From assembly GCF_000485595.1 (NCBI RefSeq), contig NW_014577089.1, positions 357,055 to 421,054 on the forward strand: a stretch of DNA of 64,000 nt, given 5' to 3'. The stretch's first letter is position 1. Each line of letters starts with the position of its first letter. Both the position numbers and the translations under genes were made by a program. Below are positions 23,801 to 33,200 of this stretch, piece by piece. The notes beneath the pieces are model-generated. The model did no database searches, was not told where the DNA came from, and saw nothing but the letters and a program-made list of their open reading frames with translations. The stretch is from Priapulus caudatus (lineage: Eukaryota).

Positions 23801-26729
23801 GATCCCTGGAATTTTTTTTAAATGCTTTAATTTAGAAAATAAGTTTAAAAGATGTAGGAAAATTTAGGATTAGGCTTGATTTTCAGGAAACAAAGTCGCT
23901 TAGTTCCTTGAAAATTTACACCGCACCGTGTTTACTAGTATCAGGAGTAGATAATAGGGAAGGAGTGTGACTTCAAGTTCAATAAATAAGGGAAATTCGT
24001 CATTTACTAGCCTTTATAATACCTACGATTTACTACGCGTAACTCATCCAACTTGAGCTCAAATCGTACACAGTACATTCGCCTAGCATCGTGCGAAATC
24101 GTTTTCTCGTATACACCCGCAATCCGGAGATATAGACTAAAACACGTACGACACGATTTTCCATTCTGCTGCCAGCAAACTCAATGCGTTTTGCGCCAAA
24201 ATTTAAACAAAAGGCAGCTACTAACCATAGCTTGCTCTCTCGGCGAGGCGGTGTGGCTCGCAGGGAGATTGGACATCGACGCAACACTCGGCGAGATAAC
24301 CTTTGACCCCCCATACAGCTACATACCGGCATACCGGCATACAGCTGGTATGCCCCCCACGCACGCACGCCCACCGCAATCTCCCTGCGAGCCACACTGC
24401 CTCGCCGAGAGCAAGCTGTGGTTAGTAGCTGCCTTTTGTTTAAATTTCGGCGCAAAACGCATCGAGTTTGCTGGCAGCAGAATGGAAAATCGTGTCGTAC
24501 GTTTTACTTATATCTCCGGATGCCTGGTGTTTATCGAGAAACGGATTTCGCACGATGCTAGGCCTGAATCTGTACTGTGTACGATTTTGAGCTCAAGTTG
24601 GATGAGTTACGCGTAGTAAATCGTAGGTATTATAAGGCTAGTAAATGACGAATTTCCCTTGTTTATTGAAGTCACACTCCTTCCCTATTATATACTCCTG
24701 CTAGTATATATGTGTAAATGTATGTACTTGTGTGTCAAATCTAAAAATTAAAAAAAATAAGTTCGAGTTGTACTCGGTCATCCGATCTTCTACTCGATTA
24801 ATCAACTTGGCAGCCCAAACGAGTAATGATCGACGAACTCGATTAATTAATCGAAACACCACTAATGAATATAATTATTTATTAATTATTTAATTTGTGA
24901 TTAGCTCAGTTCAAAGTAAAAATTCAAAAGTGTAACTTCATCAGCGTAACATCCCAATCACATCGTGATGACAATTACATAAACTCTGTGATATCTAATA
25001 ACAAATGCAAATGTCTTATTTAACAGAAATATATATACACATATATACTATTTTTTATGCAATGAGTATCATAATATACTGTCAAATTCTACAGTATTTA
25101 TCTTTATTAAAAATATGTGTTCGTAGATATTGGATTTTAATGTGTTATCTAGAATAACAAATCATTTTTACAATGCTATCTATAGTCTATACCTGTATAG
25201 TTTGTAACCGGTATGCAGTGGATGGAGGATTAGTAGCACTAGATCGTGGCTGTAGTGCAGTGGGCAAGTTTGCAGTTACAAGTTGCAGCTGTCCAGAAGG
25301 TGTCCGTACCAGCACACTACCCTGTAGCAAACTTGGCCTCAAATCCATACTCTGCTCACACATAAAACAAAGAAAGGGCATACAATTTAGCAGAAACCGA
25401 ATTTCATAACACTACTATATCTGCGCATTTCAGTTAAAAGTAAATAGTATAATACCAATGTTCTATATCTAACTAAAATTAAAAAAACTTCAGATCATAC
25501 ATTTTTAAAATATGATAGTATAATGAAAAGTATTTTGCCATCATATGCAATCTTGCATTAACTACACTTGCAACTCAACGGATGCTAGTTACCTGACCAC
25601 TGACTTGTACCATGTTTGGTCTTTGCACCTGAACACCAGCCGGGCTTGCAATCCTAATGGGAGTACCAGTGTTCAATATCACGCGGGGAGCCAGAGGTTT
25701 TTGTTGATTCGACATTCCAGGTCTCGGCATGACATTCATGTTGACAAGCTGCACACCTTGCAACACAGACGCAGGATTCGAGATGGAACCAGATGCAGTT
25801 GACGTGTACACTAGCTGCTGACCAGCAGGCTGCGATGAAACTGCCGATACATTAATCACACTCCCGGTTGATAGAGAGTTCTGTACAGACTTCATTAGAG
25901 AAGTCGTTGCGGTCGACATCTGTACTACATTCGCACTGTTTGTTGTATCCGCTTTTACTACAGACGGTTGCCCATCTTGTCTTATTACTATCCGTTGTTG
26001 TGGCAGATTTGTCGTGATCAAATTCGGACTATGCACAGTTCTCACAGTGGCCTGGCCAGGCATTGTAACAATCTTTGCTTGATGAGCTGCTACAGATGCC
26101 AGACTCTGAATTGCACTAAGACCACTATTTACGGTACCATTCACAGTATCACTGCTTGACTGTGTGACAAGCGACATGGTGCCATTCGCATTTTGCACAA
26201 CAGATATCGTGCCATTTTTAGCAATGATATTTTGTTGCATAGCGTTTTGCACACCCACAGTTGGCAAAGGTGAAGGAGCTATCGTCACTGAAGGCGAACT
26301 CCGCGCTGAATTTATTTGTGCACATGTTGTAGACAATGTCAAGTAACCACTAGCTGGAACACCAGCCATTTGTTGTGTACAGTTCAAGGCTGTACCTAGT
26401 GAGTTAATTCCTGTTCCTTGTACATTTTGTGGTATGGATTTATTAGTCGCAGCACTGCTTGAAGTAGTACTACCATCAGCCTGAGAATTATTGTTTGGTA
26501 AATTAATGATCATGTTTTTCTGGCCTCCTGTTCCCAGTGTAAGAGACCCGCTACCAATAACATTGCCAGAAATATGGTTATTCAATATAACGTTGGCTGA
26601 AACTTGCTGTGAACAAGAAGTGACACTTGATGAGGATAACTGGCTTTCTAAAGTCCCAACTAGAGCGTTCACAGCGCTTTCGTCGACTTCAGACGAGAGA
26701 ACATCTTCTAACGACTTAGACGACGCCAT
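14697..26729 (-). CDS. TAF4: Transcription initiation factor TFIID subunit 4, 13 exons, ~922 aa
   Basis: Exons in transcript order: 26729-25593, 25351-25193, 21883-21614, 21401-21312, 20484-20353, 20024-19935, 19486-19350, 18993-18824, 17459-17329, 17119-16994, 16538-16482, 16377-16213, 14801-14697; phases consistent. Motifs: N-terminal LEDVLSSEVDESAVNALVGTLESQL, TAFH domain (KKCKNFFSTLIKLAS...ELKSSPQPFLVPFLKRSLPHLRQ), DDDDINDVAAMGGVNL, histone fold (LVSHATQERLR), SRSKQEDPEQARLKQKAKE, EANQTALAAIGPRKRRK, RVNLRDLIFLMEQE. Confidence 0.93.
15631..16079. mobile_element. Palindromic MITE (Harbinger-like) with internal 33-bp tandem repeat
   Basis: TIR AGCGGCGTCTACACTAT / ATAGTGTAGACGCCGCT; repeated AAAACCCGSGTTTT subunits; 3+ copies of AAACCCGCGTTTTAGCAACAGTGTAGATGCGGT; TSD not clear. 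Confidence 0.78.
16213..16377 (-). CDS. TAF4: TAF4 exon 12
   Basis: MQQAEMEVLRQQEANQTALAAIGPRKRRKFDQAEVSDSAGTSGTTPAGSAPQRFQ. Confidence 0.92.
16482..16538 (-). CDS. TAF4: TAF4 exon 11
   Basis: SRSKQEDPEQARLKQKAKE. Confidence 0.92.
16994..17119 (-). CDS. TAF4: TAF4 exon 10
   Basis: MDTHYKESTNVRTQLKFLEELDKLEKKRHEEQEREMLLRLAK. Confidence 0.92.
17329..17459 (-). CDS. TAF4: TAF4 exon 9 (histone fold)
   Basis: VRKHGLDDAPADVANLVSHATQERLRTIIEKLGLIAEHRIDTVK. Confidence 0.93.
17657..18242. mobile_element. Degenerate Kolobok-like MITE (TTAA flanks)
   Basis: TTAAACTTACTATTTGCGAGATTTTT vs GAAAACTCTCGCAATAGTTACTTTAA imperfect inverted ends. Confidence 0.55.
18824..18993 (-). CDS. TAF4: TAF4 exon 8
   Basis: DDDDINDVAAMGGVNLIEESQRILASTTEHVGTVERSCKDESFLLGSALQTRIREI. 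Confidence 0.93.
19350..19486 (-). CDS. TAF4: TAF4 exon 7
   Basis: VMTKLVPGSIAASTPTIAGALKPRPGIHVRAGASAPQREKGHSAF(R)|gtaagt. Confidence 0.82.
19935..20024 (-). CDS. TAF4: TAF4 exon 6
   Basis: NKVTRPGQVTSQQAIAQQHMLNSQHKNVSQ|gtaagt; phase 0/0. Confidence 0.72.
20353..20484 (-). CDS. TAF4: TAF4 exon 5
   Basis: RSLPHLRQSLYNNEVSIEGVNPPPPSALAIPAVETTPLPAPTVH|gtatgt. Confidence 0.85.
20670..21120. mobile_element. PIF/Harbinger MITE
   Basis: TIR GGGGTCATTCACAATTATCAACATTTT / AAAATGTTGATAATTGTGAACGACCCC; TSD TAA on both sides. Confidence 0.88.
21312..21401 (-). CDS. TAF4: TAF4 exon 4 (TAFH)
   Basis: DGLVQPEDFTTKLEAELKSSPQPFLVPFLK|gtaagt. Confidence 0.92.
21614..21883 (-). CDS. TAF4: TAF4 exon 3 (TAFH start)
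   Basis: HPVQ...MSPEVAKKKCKNFFSTLIKLASSQPPDVAANVRKLIQGVI|gtaagt. Confidence 0.88.
21941..22326. mobile_element. hAT-like MITE (degenerate)
   Basis: CAGGGGTAGAAATTAAC ... GTTCATTTTGCACCCT ends; repeated subterminal AGGGAGTC/GACTCCCT motifs; TSD imperfect. Confidence 0.6.
22503..22810. mobile_element. hAT-like MITE
   Basis: TIR CAGTGTTTC / GAAACACTG; TSD not clean. Confidence 0.55.
23359..24864. mobile_element. hAT-type non-autonomous element (TAGTG...CACTA) carrying nested insertions
   Basis: 8-bp TSD ATGAATAT at 23351-23358 and 24865-24872; repeated subterminal CGAT/TCGA motifs. Confidence 0.8.
23942..24700. mobile_element. Foldback element with ~330-bp inverted arms and 7-bp TSD (Galileo/P-superfamily-like)
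   Basis: Arms 23942-24271 and 24377-24700 are near-perfect reverse complements; ends CAGGAGTA / TACTCCTG; TSD CTAGTAT at 23935-23941 and 24701-24707. Confidence 0.88.
25193..25351 (-). CDS. TAF4: TAF4 exon 2
   Basis: SMDLRPSLLQGSVLVRTPSGQLQLVTANLPTALQPRSSATNPPSTAYRLQTIQ; an in-frame alternative acceptor at 25321 is possible. Confidence 0.75.
25593..26729 (-). CDS. TAF4: TAF4 exon 1
   Basis: ATG in AAAATGG context at 26729; open S/T/Q/N-rich frame to CAG|gtaact donor; nearby in-frame alternative donors possible. Confidence 0.85.
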
Positions 26730-27110
26730 TTTCGACTTGAAACTGACTACCTTTGATGTGAGCATGCGCAGCTTTACTAACCGTTGCGGAGGAAAATGAT
26801 GAATAACAATAAGAAAATAAATGTAATGTTCACATTTTATCTACAACGGATTATGTATTTATAATAGCAAATAGTAAATTAGTTATTTAATGTAAATTAG
26901 AATATATATTACAAAATTGAATATCTAAAAAATAATGAAGTAGCATGCATACCTTCATCGCATAACACGGTGAACCGAAATTTACTTCCAGCAGCGCCGC
27001 CTATTGCGCTGATTTTGCAGAACCCGCCATTTGCCACTTTTAGTTTAGCAGGAGTTGTTGTAGCGAATCCAATTTCATCTGTTCGTGGAGGAAAAGCATC
27101 ACCTCCAACC
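26730..27110. promoter_or_regulatory. Putative bidirectional promoter and 5'UTRs shared by TAF4 and LSM14
   Basis: Divergent start codons at 26729 (-) and 27111 (+); YY1-type CGCCATTT motifs at 27025-27032 and over the TAF4 ATG; AT-rich central spacer. Confidence 0.75.
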
Positions 27111-27234
27111 ATGAGTGGAGGAGGGACGCCATACCTTGGCAGTAAAATAAGTCTTATATCAAAATCAGAAATTCGATATGAAGGTATTTTGTACACAATT
27201 GATGCTGTCGAGTCAACCGTCGCTCTCGCAAAAG
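27111..27234 (+). CDS. LSM14: LSM14 exon 1
   Basis: [41 protein letters not shown]|gtaagt. Confidence 0.94.
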
Positions 27235-30200
27235 GTAAGTGTTATTGCGACTTGGTGTTTATGTGTGCGCTTCATGAAACAAAGCCTTGCTTGCAGTTTA
27301 TAAGTAAGCCCAGTACATAAAACGAAGTGCATGTCTTGGAGAATATGGTTGTGCTTGTTGTCTAGCTTTTTAAAGTTTAGTCCTTATGTGTATCGCTGGG
27401 AAAGTGTCCGTATTTCAGTCTTTGTCTAGACGACGAGCACCGTCACTTAACGCGGGGCTTGGGCCCAAGTTGAGGGTTGGTTCATCATGTTTCCGCTGGT
27501 AGAAATGTGGCACTGGTACATTGTAGGTCTACGTCGCCCGTTATGAAGCAATGTCGCATAATGTTTGGTGTAAAAGGGTTCGGTCCTTTCACGTAACCAT
27601 GCGTGGCGTCTAAACGAAATGCTTGGCTGTTCACAGTTTCGATGATAGCAGTTGCTCCTGCGACGGTACCGTCGCCGATTATTTTTCTCTTCAACTCACG
27701 GTACTGACGGTACTGACGCCTGATTGGTTGAGCTTGTTTTCTTGCGATATACATAGCACATCCAAAATTTTAATTTCAATATGTGGCAGCAGCGCAACGG
27801 TTAGTGCGCTTGCCCCAAGTATGAATGGTCGCGGGATCGAATCCCATCCGTTTTCTAATTATTTTCCTGTTTTCTGTATTTTTCTATCTTTATCTGTTTA
27901 ACATTTCTTTTCCAATTAACGCAAATATTAACATTATTTATTTACAACATTTTAATAACAACAATTAATTTTTACAACAATTAAAAATTAAATTTTATTA
28001 ATTTAATAGAGTTAGGGTTAGGGTTAGGTTAGGGTTAGGGTTAGGGTTATCGTATATATCGTATAAAATCGTATATATAATATCGTACCAAAAGCAACGG
28101 TAGTTATTATTCGCCGATAGATGGCGCTGGCATCACTACCGTGAGTTGAAGAGAAAAAAATTCGGCGACGGTACCGTCGCAGGAGCAACAGCCTTCGATG
28201 ATAGCAGTTGAGGTAATTTCGAAACAAATAATGCCATTATTGGTGTTTAGTTTTAAACAATAAACCTCCCAGAGCCCTATTTTTCTCTGACGTATAGGTG
28301 GTAGTAGCTCCCTTTTCACATGTGGTACCGGTATCTCATAATATAGATGACATATATGGCAAATACTGAGGATACTGTCCATGACTATGAGAATACAATA
28401 TGCTATTGTCTGAGAGGTAACCCGACCAGGTTGTGTGACTAACGTCAATATACACAGCCTGACATCCATCCATTGGATAATCTTGTACCTCTACAAAACT
28501 GCCGAACAATTACGTATATCTCAAATAAAATAATCATCTAAGCATTTCTGCCTTGTTTTGTATCAAGTATAACCTTCACCTTATAGTATTCCAACGTTGT
28601 TATTAAAAATAATACCTCAGTTCGCTGTGCACAGTGTAAATTTCAAGAGCCGAACCTAAATTTCACTTTAACTGCCAACCGCCATGTTTCCACTGCGCAT
28701 GCTTTTCGATCGGAACGCGGAAAACCCGAATCGACATAACATACCATAGAGTTGCAACTAGCGTTGGCGCGAGCATAAATAAGAATCATATACTCGTATA
28801 TATATCTAAATATTAAAACATTGAAAACCAGGAAACATAATCTACAACAACATAATAATTATCATTGCGAAGATATGTACTTGTCTTGTGTTTGGGCCTA
28901 CGCACTGTGAAAATCAGGTCCATTGCCGATTTTAGTCGCACCGAAAATGGCGGACAAGGCGGCTGTCTGGTTGTGTTCATCCAATTCATCTCAGAAAGTA
29001 CGGCTTAACTCGATAAATCAGTAGCGCCCAGTTACCGCAAGCAAGCCAGAGGTTTATAGATTCGTTTGAGCTATTACATGTGACACTAGCTGTGGCGATG
29101 TTTGGATACCGAGCCAACTACAAGTTTTTATGGGCAAGAATTTGAAACGATCTCCTAACCCTAGCAAAGAGGCAGAACATATATACTTGCATAACCATAA
29201 GTTACCTTCTCGCTTCTCACTGCGTGGTGAGAAGGTCACAAGCGAGTGTAGCGACCGAACATTGTAGCTAACAAAGCGCTGAAACAAAACGTACCAATAC
29301 TCAACTTCTGGTGGAATTTCTCTGTACTTCCACGCAATTATTAAACTTAAAGGGACAGTAGCCTCTAGGATTTTACTGCATACAACTGTACTTGCTGTAT
29401 AACAAATCGTCTATACCCACACGTATTTGTTACCAGATACCTAATTTAATTCTTATAATTAATTACACATCAACGCTACGAAATTTGAACGGCGTCATGA
29501 CACCCGCGACCGTGCTGCCACCCCGAAAAAGTTGCGTATTTGACAATTTATTTTGCACGTTACAGACCGAGGGCTAATCACAAAAGTGCAATTATATTTA
29601 TACCTAAATGCTATTTAACTGAACGATATTCATTTTAGGGCAAATTTATCCATATTATAACTGAAACTATGTCGTTTATAAGATATTACAATCCTTTTGC
29701 TTTTAAATGAATAAATAAGAAACACCCTCGATCTGTAGCCCTTAGCTGGAAAGTGGTTTTGCGCAACTTATCAGATCGTGCGCTTTGAGTGGCGCCACCG
29801 TCGTTGTAATCAAACTGTAGTCAGAAAATATTTCTAATGGTGATTGAACCATGAAACTTTTTATGTAGTGTAATTATAACCTAAATTAGCTGAAAATAAC
29901 CCAAGAACCTAGAGTAAACTCTTCCTTTAACCATAATTATGCATGATATTCCCAAACAGAATAGAAGATAGAACTTCGAACAAGGCAGCTATTAAATTGT
30001 TTGAATTTCCATGCACTCACCAGTCGTCTTAGTTCTCGCGCATGCGCAGCAATGCAAGTATAGAGTTTGCCAAATTTCAAAAATAACTCCTTTCCAAATT
30101 ATCTTATTGTATCCTCGTTCGGGGGTGATACTATGGATTTGGCCTCGTCGCGCCACCGCCGCCGCAGAGATTTCTTTGTGAGCGCTCTACCGGCTGCAGT

Positions 30201-33200
30201 TCTTCTCGGATCATCTTCAAATTTCGCATGAAGGTGCGCTATCGTAAAGCGAAGACGCCAATCGTTTTTGGTGTGGGCGGAGTCATGGTAACGACATTTT
30301 TTGTCGAAATATTCTAGAACCTGTAACTTCTGCAGTTTTTACCCGATTGTCATGAAATTTGGCACACAGGACCAATATATACATATATATATGTTATATC
30401 GGCCCTGTGTGCCAAATTCCATGACAATTGGGTAAAAACAGCACAATTTACAGGTTCTACAATATTTCCACAAAAATGTTGTTACCATGGCAACGATGAC
30501 TCCGCCCACACCAAAAACGATTGGCGTCTTCGCTTTACCATAACGCACCTTCATGCGAAATTACCTTTTTGGCCAGGTGAAACACTGTACATAGTCAGGG
30601 TTCTCCAAGAGCACTTATAGCCTGGGGGCGCGCCAGGCTATCGTCGAGCCCCGCCATCCTAAAATGCACCCGCCTCTCTAAATATCATAGCCCCCGGACC
30701 CCCCTAGCACGCAAACCGCCTTCCGCGATTTGCAACTAGGACCGTAAAGGCAGCACCCGCCATGCTATAATGGAAAAGCTTGGAGAACCCTGATAGTATA
30801 CCAGTTGCAGATATGACCATAGTCTTAGTCGCATACTTGGAAAAGCCTAAGCATACAGCAAATATCAAATTTTGTAATTCCTCTGTGCCTGGGGCCCGTT
30901 GTCAGAAACAAAATTAGTCTTGACATTAACTTCCACTCGTAAACCGTTGACAGAAACATCACAAAGTTACGAGAATGAAAAATCTTCGAAAATATCCTCT
31001 TAACATTACGTGAGCCCAGACCCTCTCGTAACTTTAATATTAAGATGAAAAGAACACATTTACACTACGAATTACAATTATAGTGATATTATATTTTGTA
31101 ATAATGAATAAAATGTGTTTTTCTTTAAAACCACGTCAAAAACATTAATTATCTACCAATCATAAAACAAAACAAAACATTTACAAATTGCGTATAGCAT
31201 TTGTTCTCTTGTTTTAATGTTGTTTGCCACTGGCCACGACTCTTGAGTCTCGTGTTACAGTGTGGGAATTTGTCTTGTTGTGCAGAATAAATTCATGATC
31301 GCGTCGTTTTTCATCAAATATTATTTATATGTGGTTAGCCATCATAATATGCATATATATTACTGTGATGTACAATAAATGTGTATGAATTTGAATTTTG
31401 TGATCGATTCTCATCCAATCATCAGCCTTGTGATGAAGTTCCTGTTCTCGTAAGTTTTCTAATAGTTGCGATGTGTTTCTGTCAACGCTCCTCTCGTAAC
31501 ATTAACATTAGTCGTAAGTGTTGTCTTAGCATTAATATTAGCATTAACTTTACGATGTTTCTGACAACGGCCCCCTGGACATAAACAAACAATCACAGAT
31601 ATAGAAACATTGCGCCAAATCACACGATAGTACATAACCGATCCCTCAGTTAGATACACCGTGGCTGCGCAATAATCAACAGTGGCAATTTTACTACACT
31701 AAGTGGCGAATGCAATTGGCGAGTGATTAAACCACTCACAAAATTACGATTTGAAATCGTCAAATTGCAGAGTCATGATGTAAATACTAACCTATACCTA
31801 TCCCCTGTTTTTGCCTATAGTTTTTCGTTGGTGGCTAAAAAATAACTGGTGGCTCAAGTCTTGGCTCAAACTTTAAAACATACAGAGGGAGCCCTGCACA
31901 TATGTACATGTTGCTTTACATGCAGAACATATTTTACTGTTTATTGAATCTTTGTAGATCATGGTCTAGGCATAGTTTGTAACAAGAAATATGTTGACAT
32001 CTTTCTCTAAAATGAAGCTCCTCAACGTTTATATCTGTATCAGAGTTGTCTCAATGAATTTCTGAAGGCATATCATTTACAGGTGGATTGGAAAACATCT
32101 TATTGGAAAAATTATTTGCCTTGGGTGTACAAACCTTGATGGAATAGTAATGCATTCCTTGTATTACGGTGTGGCATGTGAACAGACTAAAGCCGAGTTA
32201 GACATTTTGTAGGGTAAAGGAACATGTGGTGTAATTCTATTAAAAGCATTTCCTGTAACAAATACTGGACATGTAATATTGTGTAAATTTCAGTTCGTTC
32301 ATTTGGGACCGAAGATCGGCCAACTGAGAGACCAGTTGCTCCAAGGGAAGAGGTGTATGAGTACATCATCTTTAGAGGCAGTGACATTAAAGATTTGCGT
32401 GTTTGTGAACCACCCAAGCCGCAGCCCCAATTGAAATCGGGCTTAGCTCAAGACCCTGCTATTGTACAGGTAAATAGTAACTGATATCGTCTCTGAATTC
32501 AGAGTATATCGTAGTTTCAGAATTGTGTGTTCATTTTAAACTACTAGCAGGCTTCACCGTCTGAGAAAACCACGGGGCATAAAAAAGGCCTGTCATTTAC
32601 TCGACGGGGCTGATTCTTAGCTCGCCTTGACATTGTCAAGATGAGCTATTGCCATCGGGTGTCGTCCGTCGTACGTCCGTCCGTCCGTCAACATTTGGCT
32701 ACAATCAACGATAACTCAAGAACCGTTTGACCCACATGTTTCAAATTGCATATAGTTGTTACTCCTATGGGAGATGTTTGAACGTCCTATTTTGGAGCAC
32801 GCCAGTCGACCTACTTTCGAGGCACGTCCACTTTTTGGCAAAAATGAAAGCCATTTCAGTCAGTTAGGTTAAGATTGCCATTTCTTGTAATGTGGACAGA
32901 ATAAGACCGGCCCCAAAACACATCACACGTTGATTTTTGTTTAATAAGCAAATTAGGTAGATTTAGCAATCACTAGCAGTTGCAGTGCCGCCTATGCAAC
33001 GATCTAACTCAAGAAGCCGTTTGACCCACATGTTCAAATTGAATACAGCTTTACTCCTATGGGAGAGATTTGAACGCCTATTTTGGAGCACGCCAGTCCC
33101 GACCAGTGAAAAATGTTCAAGTAATACGTGAAGGTCACGGTACTGTCATAACAAATAAAATCGTTCAAACCACCATGCTGCTCTATTCACCAAGCTCAAT

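Noticed and set aside
24033..24616. Two overlapping antisense ORFs with nearly identical C-termini
   Set aside because: A direct consequence of the foldback palindrome; no transposase motifs.
26730..26765. Upstream in-frame ATG extending TAF4 by 12 aa
   Set aside because: ATG at 26729 has the stronger AAAATGG context and sits where the conserved N-terminal motif begins; upstream use not excluded but unsupported.
27783..27850. Functional tRNA gene
   Set aside because: No convincing acceptor or anticodon stem and a mutated T-loop (GATCGA); treated as tRNA-derived only.
28011..28048. TTAGGG array as a chromosome end or fusion scar
   Set aside because: Very short and enclosed by MITE TIRs inside an intron.
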